Source: Alphaproteobacteria bacterium (GTDB taxonomy: Bacteria > Pseudomonadota > Alphaproteobacteria > Rickettsiales > JABIRX01). Taken from it: DNA of 56,783 nt. The stretch covers positions 1 through 56,783 of the forward strand of contig JABIRX010000049.1 in assembly GCA_018667735.1 (NCBI GenBank), in the 5' to 3' direction. Under the pieces are notes generated by a model. It made no database searches, had not been told where the DNA came from, and saw only the letters and a program-made list of their open reading frames with translations. How positions within the stretch are numbered: the first letter of the stretch is position 1; every line of letters starts with the position of its first letter. The translations under genes and the position numbers were made by a program. This document shows positions 30,086 through 38,070 of this stretch, piece by piece.

Positions 30086-30769
30086 TTATCTTTTTAAAGA
30101 AGATTCGTCTCTGATATTCTCTGCATTTAATTTTTCTACATAACTAAGACCTTGCTCTGAAATAATTTTCTCTTTAACTCTGGAAAACTCTCTGGTAAGA
30201 GCTTTTGCTAAGTCTTTTTTAAGTGCTGATAAGGGATCTGGTCTAGTATGTGAAATATTTTCTGGTGACGCAAAAGGGTTATTTTCTGGGTTAAATATTT
30301 TATCACCTCTGGCTAGTACATCCAGTGTTTTGCTATCAAATTCTTTTCCGCAAAACTTCTCTATTAATGGTTTTATTTTATCCAATGGCACTGCGTTATT
30401 TGCTTTAGCATCTATATGGTCAGCATTAAATAACCCAATATTACTATTTGGCGAAATAGTTTTAGCGCGCTGTAAAGTTTGATTAATTTCGGCTTCAGTT
30501 AATTTTGTAGCATCTATATAAATTCTTTTTTTGGAGCTGTTTTTTAAAGCATCTTTAACATGGATGATTGGGTCAACCTCACCTTTTACTGTTTCAAGCC
30601 CTAAAGCTGGTCTATAAATAACTGGGTCTGTTATTTGTAGGGCTTGTCCTTGTAATGCATTTTGTAATTGTTTTACAAAATCATGTTCCAACTTTAAGCC
30701 AAATATAACAGGTGAAATATTAGTTGCATTGGGAAGTTTTTTTGTTAATAATTTTAAAGTTGATCTCAT
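30086..30769 (-). CDS. hypothetical protein, orphan family member A (candidate secreted protein)
   Basis: 227-aa ORF with its own extended -10 promoter. The N-terminus is MRS... and the C-terminus is ...SYVEKLNAENIRDESSLKR. No family recognised. Confidence 0.6.
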   Translation of the reverse strand: MRSTLKLLTKKLPNATNISPVIFGLKLEHDFVKQLQNALQGQALQITDPVIYRPALGLETVKGEVDPIIHVKDALKNSSKKRIYIDATKLTEAEINQTLQRAKTISPNSNIGLFNADHIDAKANNAVPLDKIKPLIEKFCGKEFDSKTLDVLARGDKIFNPENNPFASPENISHTRPDPLSALKKDLAKALTREFSRVKEKIISEQGLSYVEKLNAENIRDESSLKR

Positions 30770-30797
30770 GATAATTACCGTAAGTTAGTTAGAACAT

Positions 30798-30808
30798 ATT
30801 ATAACATA
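30798..30808 (-). promoter_or_regulatory. extended -10 promoter (TATGtTATAAT)
   Basis: The minus strand reads CTAATTTTATGTTATAAT, ending 28 nt upstream of the ATG at 30769. Confidence 0.45.
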
Positions 30809-30897
30809 AAATTAGACCAATAACAACCCTAGCTAGAAAATTAAAAATTAAATGTATTAGAAAAGCGAAAAAAGTGCTATTTTTTATCGAGTGATTA

Positions 30898-31537
30898 ATG
30901 AAAAAAGCGATAAACCTTAGTTCTTATGCACGGTTTGGGTAGCGATAATAGCTGTTTTCAAGATTATTTTAATATATCTTCCTACTTACAGGATAATTTT
31001 ATTTGACCTTGCTGGTTTTGGTAAAAGTTAAAGCCACAAACGATTTAATTTAGAACAATTAATAAAAATTATTTTAATTAACACGCTAATTAGTTTAGTT
31101 AGAACTAATAAAGTTAAACGGTTAGGTATATATTTAAATATTGTTTCAGTTTTATTTTGCCCTTTTAAATTTTAGCTAGCTCAATTTGTAAGCAATTATT
31201 TTACGATAATAAAAAACTAGCAAAAATATTTTATAAGCAAATTATTAATTCAGATCGCAAAACTTATAGAAACATTGTTAAGAATATTAAATATTATGAT
31301 ATAGAAAGTTACAAAATTATAAATAATCATATTAGATCAACTAAGTGTACTCTAAATTATTTTGAATCAGAGCAAATATTATTTATATATAGTGTAGCCT
31401 AGAAACTGATCGATAGCAAAGGGCAAATTGCTTTTTTAAATAGTAAAAATTATAAATTAGTAGCTTGAAATCATAGTTTATTTGTGGCAGATCAAGTAAA
31501 AGAAGCGAGTGAAATCATTAGCAATTTTATCGTGTAA
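30898..31537 (+). pseudogene. decayed alpha/beta-hydrolase gene
   Basis: Recognisable fragments are separated by stops and frame changes. They read MKKAINLSSYARFG*, then ..YRIILFDLAGFGKS*SHKRFNLEQLIKIILINTLISLVRTNKVKRLGIY.., and finally ..NHSLFVADQVKEASEIISNFIV* (catalytic-His region). The total span of about 213 codons fits a full-length hydrolase. No ORF of 60 aa or more survives. Confidence 0.45.
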
Positions 31538-32159
31538 TTTCTGGTGACTTTACTTCACTTTGTAGATAATCTTGCCATAAACTATTACTATGTTTTTGTT
31601 CATATTTTGCAATTTCACTTAATTTGACAAAACTTTTACTATTAAAGAATCCTGCAATATTTGTTTTAGGTAATTTACTCTTTAATTTTTCAAGCCATTC
31701 TGGATTTAGATGTAAGATTATTTCTGAAGGTAAGCCGTGTTTTACACATTTATCAATTGCCTGTAATGCATGCTTTGGGTTATTATAGAAAGTATTTGTG
31801 TTTAATTGTTCTGGGTTAAATTCATCTGATATTAAAAGTTTATTTTCTTCAGTTTGATATTTTTCTAGTGCTTTTATAATTTTTAGATCATTTGATGCAG
31901 TAGAAGATTTTAAATCATAAGTTTTTTTAAATGTAGAATTTATGTCCGTGCATTCGATAATTTTTTTACATTTACAAACGCCTTCTAAGTAAGTTTTGCT
32001 ACCAAGAAACTCTTCTACTTGTGCTGATAATGCGGGTGGAGCGATCAAGGAAAAAGAGAATTTAGTAGATAATGGCCAAACGACATTATTGTTTGTTGAT
32101 GATCCCCTTGTTGTAATGTTTTTGATTGAACGGTGCTGATTTATTAATATATTTCTCAT
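31527..32159 (-). CDS. hypothetical protein, orphan family member B
   Basis: 210 aa, lying 18 nt downstream of the preceding gene. The N-terminus is MRNILINQHRS and the C-terminus is ...SLWQDYLQSEVKSPEITR. Confidence 0.6.
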   Translation of the reverse strand: MRNILINQHRSIKNITTRGSSTNNNVVWPLSTKFSFSLIAPPALSAQVEEFLGSKTYLEGVCKCKKIIECTDINSTFKKTYDLKSSTASNDLKIIKALEKYQTEENKLLISDEFNPEQLNTNTFYNNPKHALQAIDKCVKHGLPSEIILHLNPEWLEKLKSKLPKTNIAGFFNSKSFVKLSEIAKYEQKHSNSLWQDYLQSEVKSPEITR

Positions 32160-32177
32160 TTTAACCTATTTTAAAAA

Positions 32178-32783
32178 TTATCTAATTAATTGTGATGCTT
32201 CATTTTTAGTAATATGTTTTTGCCAAAAATCTTGATCTTGTCTTGGCTTAGAAAGAGTTTCCTCTAATTTCTCAATTTGGCTTTCATCTAAGCCTTTACT
32301 AGCCATATTATAGCTATTTAAGTGAAGGTTGATTGCTTTTATATTTTCTATGCCACTGTCAATAAAAGCGGGATAAGGTTGCTTTAGTGCTGTGCTAATT
32401 TGTTTTGAATGTGCTTTTTTAGCGGCAAACTCTTCTGTGCCATCTATATTTTGTTTAAACAGCTCACCACTAGATGTTAAATAAATTTCTGCTATATCAG
32501 TTTTTAGAAAATCTGTATGTTCAATAGCTCTTGTTGTTAAGTTGCATGTACTAACTTTTTTAAATTTTTGTTTTAATGAACTTAATTGCGCAGCATCTTC
32601 TTGAAACAAACTATATAACTCTTTTTCACCTATGCTGCCAAACTTTGCTAATATAGGGAGGTTATAAAAAAAATTATCTGGTGAAATTTCTAACTGCCTA
32701 AATGCAAAGCTTAGGTTTTTAGCGGTCAAGGAATTCTCAGTTGCTAGATATAATTTTCTTGTTGCTGTTATGGTGTTTCTCAT
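32178..32783 (-). CDS. hypothetical protein, orphan family member C
   Basis: I take the start at ATG 32783 (MRNTITATRKL...). A GAGG RBS sits about 6 nt upstream, with an extended -10 box beyond it. The track ORF extends to a TTG at 32927. The C-terminus is ...DFWQKHITKNEASQLIR. Confidence 0.55.
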   Translation of the reverse strand: MRNTITATRKLYLATENSLTAKNLSFAFRQLEISPDNFFYNLPILAKFGSIGEKELYSLFQEDAAQLSSLKQKFKKVSTCNLTTRAIEHTDFLKTDIAEIYLTSSGELFKQNIDGTEEFAAKKAHSKQISTALKQPYPAFIDSGIENIKAINLHLNSYNMASKGLDESQIEKLEETLSKPRQDQDFWQKHITKNEASQLIR

Positions 32784-32808
32784 TAATGCCTCATTGAAAG
32801 TTTCACTA

Positions 32809-32819
32809 ATAATAGCATA
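32809..32819 (-). promoter_or_regulatory. extended -10 promoter (TATGcTATTAT)
   Basis: The minus strand reads GATAATTTTTATGCTATTAT, ending 25 nt upstream of the ATG at 32783. Confidence 0.4.
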
Positions 32820-32978
32820 AAAATTATCCTTATGCAACCTATGCAAGAAATACAGTGAGTATAGTTGTTTATGAGTATTTTCTTGATAAATTTGGGGGGT
32901 AATAAATAAAATAAACTTTTTTAACAAACTTGGTTTTTTAAAATTTTCTGTTAATTATTCTAAAAATTTATTTGCATT

Positions 32979-34526
32979 ATGTTAAACTTAACTAAAAAAC
33001 AAACAAAAACAGAAATATTATCTGGTTTAACTGTAGCTTTAGCCTTGGTACCTGAAGCTGTTGCTTTTGCCTTTGTTGCGCATGTTCATCCTTTAGTTGG
33101 TTTATATGCAGCTTTTATAGTTGGCTTAGTTACTTCTATTTTTGGTGGCAGACCTGGCATGATTTCCGGTGCAACAGGTGCGCTTGCTGTAGTTATGGTT
33201 TCTTTGGTGCAAACATATGGGGTGGAATATTTATTTGCGACTGTAATTTTGATGGGAGTAATTCAAATTTTAGCTGGTATATTTAGATTGGGAAAATTTA
33301 TTCGTATTGTGCCACATCCCGTAATGCTTGGTTTTGTTAATGGCTTGGCAATTGTAATTTTTTTAGCACAATTAAATCAATATAAAGCGCCAAATCAGAT
33401 GGGAGAATTAAGTTGGTTGGTTGGGTCTGAGTTATATATTATGCTTGGCTTAATATTGCTTACTATGCTTATAATATACTTTTTACCAAAGCTTACTAAA
33501 GCAGTACCATCTGCCTTAGTTGCTATTTTTAGTGTTTTCGCTTTAAGTAAGTTTTTTGCTATTGATACTAAGACAGTAGGAGATATGGCAAATATTGCAG
33601 GAAGCTTACCAAATTTTGCTTTGCCACAAGTTCCATTTAATTTGGAAACTTTAAAGATAATTTTTCCTTATGCTTTTATTCTAGCGGGTATTGGTCTTAT
33701 TGAAAGTTTATTAGCTTTAACTTTGGTTGATGAAATAACAGAAACGAGAGGAAAAAATAGCAAAGAGTGCAAGGCACAAGGTTTTGCTAATGTAATTACT
33801 GGTTTTTTTGGTGGTATGGGCGGCTGTGCTATGATAGGTCAAACTATGATTAACATTAGTTCAGGAGCAAGAGAACGCTTATCAGGTATTGTAGCCGCTT
33901 TGTTTTTACTTAGCTTCATATTGTTTGCAGCACCAATAATAGAAGCAATACCAATAGCAGCTCTAATTGGGGTGATGTTTATGGTGGTTATTGGTACTTT
34001 TGCTTGGTCTAGTTTGCGGATTATGCATAAAATCCCTAAAAGCGATTCTTTTGTAATTATTTTAGTGTCAGCAACTACAGTATTTTATGATTTAGCAATT
34101 GCCGTATTTGTTGGAGTGATTGTATCAGCATTAGTTTATGCTTGGAATAATGCACATCACATTACAGCAATTACTGATCGAGATAACCAAAAAAAACTTA
34201 AAACATATGATTTATATGGGCCTATTTTCTTTGGTTCTGTAGCATCATTTAAAGATTTGTTTCATCCTAAAACTGATCCTAAAAATGTAACTGTAAATTT
34301 TGAGCATAGTAGAGTTTGGGATCATTCTGGTATAGAGGCATTAGAAAAGTTAGCACAGAAATATAGTAAAATAGGCAAGGTTATTAGATTTAAAAAGCTA
34401 AGTCCAGATTGTGCTAATTTACTAGAAAAGTCAGGCTGCATCATTGAAAGATCTACAGCTTCAGATCCACATTATGAAGTAGTAATGAATCGAAGCTATA
34501 TTGCAGCTAAAAAATCATCAACATAA
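32979..34526 (+). CDS. SulP-family anion permease with C-terminal STAS domain
   Basis: 515 aa. The N-terminal motif EILSGLTVALALVPEAVAFAFVA is followed by multiple TM segments. The C-terminal soluble domain (LYGPIFFGSVASFKDLF ... WDHSGIEALEKL) looks like STAS. Confidence 0.88.
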   Translation: MLNLTKKQTKTEILSGLTVALALVPEAVAFAFVAHVHPLVGLYAAFIVGLVTSIFGGRPGMISGATGALAVVMVSLVQTYGVEYLFATVILMGVIQILAGIFRLGKFIRIVPHPVMLGFVNGLAIVIFLAQLNQYKAPNQMGELSWLVGSELYIMLGLILLTMLIIYFLPKLTKAVPSALVAIFSVFALSKFFAIDTKTVGDMANIAGSLPNFALPQVPFNLETLKIIFPYAFILAGIGLIESLLALTLVDEITETRGKNSKECKAQGFANVITGFFGGMGGCAMIGQTMINISSGARERLSGIVAALFLLSFILFAAPIIEAIPIAALIGVMFMVVIGTFAWSSLRIMHKIPKSDSFVIILVSATTVFYDLAIAVFVGVIVSALVYAWNNAHHITAITDRDNQKKLKTYDLYGPIFFGSVASFKDLFHPKTDPKNVTVNFEHSRVWDHSGIEALEKLAQKYSKIGKVIRFKKLSPDCANLLEKSGCIIERSTASDPHYEVVMNRSYIAAKKSST

Positions 34527-34608
34527 AAAAAATATAAATTATTTTGCCAATTTAGATAAGTAGTTTTACAATATATTATCTATATTCCATTATAATATTA
34601 TAAAAATC

Positions 34609-35862
34609 ATGTCACTTAAATGGCTTTATTTAGATTTAAATAGCTATTTTGCTAGTGTAGAACAGCAATTGCAGCCTTTATTAAGGCACAGACCAGTTGC
34701 TATTGTTCCAAGCTTAACAGATAGTACCTCAGCTATTGCGGCTAGCTATGAAGCTAAAGCCTATGGGGTCAAAACAGGTATGAAAATTTATGAAGCTAAG
34801 CTTAAATGTCCAGATTTAATTTGTGTGGTTGGTAAGCATGAAAATTATGTGCATTATCACCATCTTATTTTAAACGAAATTAATAAATATATACCTATAG
34901 AAAAATCATATTCTATTGATGAAGTTGCGTGTAAATTATTAGGTAGTCAAACTAATGAAACTAATGCTCTTAACCTAGCTAAAGCGATAAAATTAGGTTT
35001 AAGTAAAAATATAGGTAAATATTTACGCTGTTCTATTGGTCTTGCTGAAAATGTATTTTTAGCTAAAACAGCAAGTAATTTAGAAAAGCCAGATGGCTTA
35101 CAAGTTATTTATGCTAAGGATATGCCAGAGCGTATAGCTCACTTTAAATTAAGTGACTTAACTGGAATTGGTAAGGCGATGGAACATAGATTAAATAAAG
35201 CTGGTATTTTTACTATTAAGCAGCTTTTTACGTTAGAACCAAAACATATGAGGAGAATTTGGGGAAGTGTTTTAGGTGAAAGATTTTGGTACTTATTAAG
35301 AGGTTATAATTTACCAGATGTTCAAACTAGCTGTAGTTCATTAGGTCATAGCCATGTTTTGGAGCCCAGCTGGCGTCCAGTTGTAAAGGCAAGACATGTA
35401 ATGCGCAAATTATTGTTAAAAGCTGCAACCAGACTTAGAAGTAAAAAATATTATACTAAACATATGATTTTAGGGGTAAGAATTGAAAATGGGCAAAAGT
35501 TAAAATTAGAAACCAGTTTTTATCGTTCATGTGATAATGTAACTTTAAGTAGGGAAGCAAGTAAATTATGGTCGGCATTAGTGCAGATACATAAGCCCAG
35601 AGCTATAAAGAAAATCTCAGTTACTTTCGATCATTTAGTTGCGGAGGATAAAATAGAAAATAATTTTTTTGAATTAAGTGGAGATTCATCTTTCAAAAAG
35701 CAAAAAACTTTTGAAAAACTCTCATTAGCCATGGATGGCATTAATCACAAATTTGGTAAAGATAGTATTATAATGGGTGGCTTGCCAGAACAGGCAGAGA
35801 GTTTTTCTGGTACCAAAATAGCTTTTACACGTATTCCTGACCTGCAAGAATTTAAAAACTAA
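34609..35862 (+). CDS. Y-family (translesion) DNA polymerase
   Basis: 417 aa. Motifs: WLYLDLNSYFASVEQ, ASYEAKAYGVKTGM, YSIDEVACKL, and GIGKAMEHRLNKAGIFTIKQL. Confidence 0.8.
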   Translation: MSLKWLYLDLNSYFASVEQQLQPLLRHRPVAIVPSLTDSTSAIAASYEAKAYGVKTGMKIYEAKLKCPDLICVVGKHENYVHYHHLILNEINKYIPIEKSYSIDEVACKLLGSQTNETNALNLAKAIKLGLSKNIGKYLRCSIGLAENVFLAKTASNLEKPDGLQVIYAKDMPERIAHFKLSDLTGIGKAMEHRLNKAGIFTIKQLFTLEPKHMRRIWGSVLGERFWYLLRGYNLPDVQTSCSSLGHSHVLEPSWRPVVKARHVMRKLLLKAATRLRSKKYYTKHMILGVRIENGQKLKLETSFYRSCDNVTLSREASKLWSALVQIHKPRAIKKISVTFDHLVAEDKIENNFFELSGDSSFKKQKTFEKLSLAMDGINHKFGKDSIIMGGLPEQAESFSGTKIAFTRIPDLQEFKN

Positions 35863-36857
35863 AGCTTTTTATTTAGGAGCATTTTTTTAAAGATATTAAT
35901 TTTCTCTTTATTGAAATTTCTTAAAAACAAATATTTAGCATGTTGATCTGGTTGCGCTTTATTTATTTCTATACCCCAAAGAGAGTCTAAATTATTGGGT
36001 AAAGTTCCATATCTTAAATCAGCTATAATATTTTTCTGTTGGTCATTATAGTAAATAAAACCCTGTGAAAAATGGTGAAATCTTAAAATATCATTTGTTA
36101 ATTTAGAGTCACTTGGCATATTTTTAAGTAATTCATTCAGGTTTAATTTAGGGATAACTTTACCTTGATAGATTCTAGCTTCACCAAATAAAGGTTGCCT
36201 TACTGCATTGACATAATATTTTCCTTCTACTTCATAAACACTACGCCATAAAACTATATTACCTAAAGTTGGGTTGAGCTTTAGAGCTTCAATTACTTGT
36301 TGCTTTTCTTTGGCAATATTAGTGATAAAATTTTCTACACGTAATTTTTGTAGATAGCCAAGAGCTAAATAGCCAAACGCATAAATTAAGGCATATTTAG
36401 CTATTTTAGGTTTTACTTTTATTACTGCAAAAATAGTTAAGATAATTATGGGTAGAGTAAATAATGGATCAATAATAGAAATATTATCAAAAGCTATTCT
36501 ACTAGTATAAAATGGCCATAACCACATTGTGCCATAGCTGGTACAGCTATCTAAGAAGCCATGTGTAGCATAAGCAACAAAGCTATATAAATATAATTTT
36601 TTATAATCTTTGCGATAAAATAAAAAGCAAAAAGCTGCCACTAATAATGCTGCAAATGGTATAAAGAAAAGTGAGTGGGTAAAGTGGCGATGAAATTCAA
36701 GGCCAAGTAGGGGGTCTGTATTAGATTTAATAAATATGTCCAAATCAGCGGCAAGCCCTGCAATTATACCGCAGCAAAAAGCTTTTTTTAGCTCAGTTTT
36801 TTTACTAATTGCGGTGGCAGCTGCAGCGCCAAAAAATGCTTGTGAGAGTGGATCCAT
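35859..36857 (-). CDS. YdjM/DUF457-like membrane-bound metal-dependent hydrolase
   Basis: 332 aa. The N-terminus is MDPLSQAFFGAA and an HRHFTHSL motif is present. Several TM helices are followed by a soluble C-terminal domain. Confidence 0.6.
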   Translation of the reverse strand: MDPLSQAFFGAAAATAISKKTELKKAFCCGIIAGLAADLDIFIKSNTDPLLGLEFHRHFTHSLFFIPFAALLVAAFCFLFYRKDYKKLYLYSFVAYATHGFLDSCTSYGTMWLWPFYTSRIAFDNISIIDPLFTLPIIILTIFAVIKVKPKIAKYALIYAFGYLALGYLQKLRVENFITNIAKEKQQVIEALKLNPTLGNIVLWRSVYEVEGKYYVNAVRQPLFGEARIYQGKVIPKLNLNELLKNMPSDSKLTNDILRFHHFSQGFIYYNDQQKNIIADLRYGTLPNNLDSLWGIEINKAQPDQHAKYLFLRNFNKEKINIFKKMLLNKKL

Positions 36858-36924
36858 GATATAACTAAATTCTTTGCTATAATAATTATTACGTTTATAA
36901 AAAATAAAGATAGGATTATTTTCA

Positions 36925-37803
36925 ATGAGTAAAAAAAAACAAAGTCATAATTATCAACTAAATTGCAAAGCCTTAATTTTTTCAATTTTAGTTTCAATTT
37001 TTTTGGTTTTACTTAAAGCTTATGGTTGGTTTGCAACTGACTCAGTTAGCTTTTTATCATCTTTGTTAGATTCATCTTTAGATGTTTTAATCTCAGTTTT
37101 AAATATTTTAGCAGTCATTTACGCTGCTAGACCTGCTGATAGAGATCATAAATTCGGCCATAATTCAATAGAAGATATTGTAGGTTTAGTGCAAGCCAGT
37201 TTTATAGCAGCATCTGGTTTGTTTTTGTTTTATGAAGCTGCATCAAGGTTTAATAACCCGCAAATTATCCAGGAAGCAGAAATTGGAATCAAAATTATTC
37301 TATTATCAATGCTTGCAACTTTAGCAATTATTATAATTCAAACTATTATTGCAAAAAAAACTAAGTCATTAATTTTGAAAGCTGATTTATTGCATTATTC
37401 AACAGATTTTGTGGTTAATGGCTCAATAATTGTATCTTTATATTTTGCAAGTAAAACAGATTATGCTTTTTCAGATCCTTTAATGGCTTGTTTTATTGGT
37501 TGTTATATTTTAAGTGCTGCATTTAAGATTGGTTTTAGAGCATTTGATAATTTAATGGATAAAGAGCTACCTCTTGTTTTTACAGAGAAAATTATTAAGT
37601 TAATTGAAGAAGAAAAAAATATTATTGATTACCATAAGCTTAAAACTAGAAGATCAGGTAGTAAAAAGTTTGTGCAACTTCATATTGAAATGTCAGCCAA
37701 CTTAAATTTAAAAGAAGCGCATGATGTTGCGGATAATTTAGAGAAAAAAATAGAAGCTTTGGCAGATAATGCTGAAGTAATTATACATATAGATCCAGCC
37801 TAG
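36925..37803 (+). CDS. cation diffusion facilitator (CDF) metal efflux transporter
   Basis: 292 aa with six TM helices. Metal-site motifs are DSSLD (TM2) and HYSTD (TM5). The C-terminal cytoplasmic domain contains HKLKTRRSGSKKFVQLHIEM. Confidence 0.85.
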   Translation: MSKKKQSHNYQLNCKALIFSILVSIFLVLLKAYGWFATDSVSFLSSLLDSSLDVLISVLNILAVIYAARPADRDHKFGHNSIEDIVGLVQASFIAASGLFLFYEAASRFNNPQIIQEAEIGIKIILLSMLATLAIIIIQTIIAKKTKSLILKADLLHYSTDFVVNGSIIVSLYFASKTDYAFSDPLMACFIGCYILSAAFKIGFRAFDNLMDKELPLVFTEKIIKLIEEEKNIIDYHKLKTRRSGSKKFVQLHIEMSANLNLKEAHDVADNLEKKIEALADNAEVIIHIDPA

Positions 37804-38070
37804 AAAGATTATTTGTAAGGCAAAATATGCAGAAATTATAAGATGCTTATATAGTTTGGAAAAGCAAAAATCATGCTAATATAGTCTAATTTTACTTTTT
37901 CTATGTTTTTTTATATAAAAATAAGCGAGTAGAGCCTTGTTATATTGTTATAACTTAAGAGTTAGTTACTAGTTTATTAATTTATAAATTTCACTCATCT
38001 AATAAAGCAGTTCTCTAAAAATGATGAAATATTTAGAGAGTTTTACTTTTATGATTTATCTAAAATTGAG

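Noticed and set aside
32784-32927. TTG-initiated 48-codon extension of orphan gene C (249-aa version).
   Set aside because: The internal ATG at 32783 has a GAGG RBS and an extended -10 box. It also gives an N-terminus (MRNT...) parallel to the paralog MRNI.... The TTG has neither. The call is not certain.
34527-36924. Looked for SOS (LexA) operators upstream of the Y-family polymerase and the YdjM-like gene, both classical SOS genes.
   Set aside because: Neither a CTGT-N8-ACAG type nor a GTTC-N7-GTTC type motif is present in either upstream region.
36788-36997. 69-aa minus-strand ORF bridging the start regions of the YdjM-like and CDF genes.
   Set aside because: It overlaps both real gene starts and consists of low-complexity Ile/Leu/Lys sequence.
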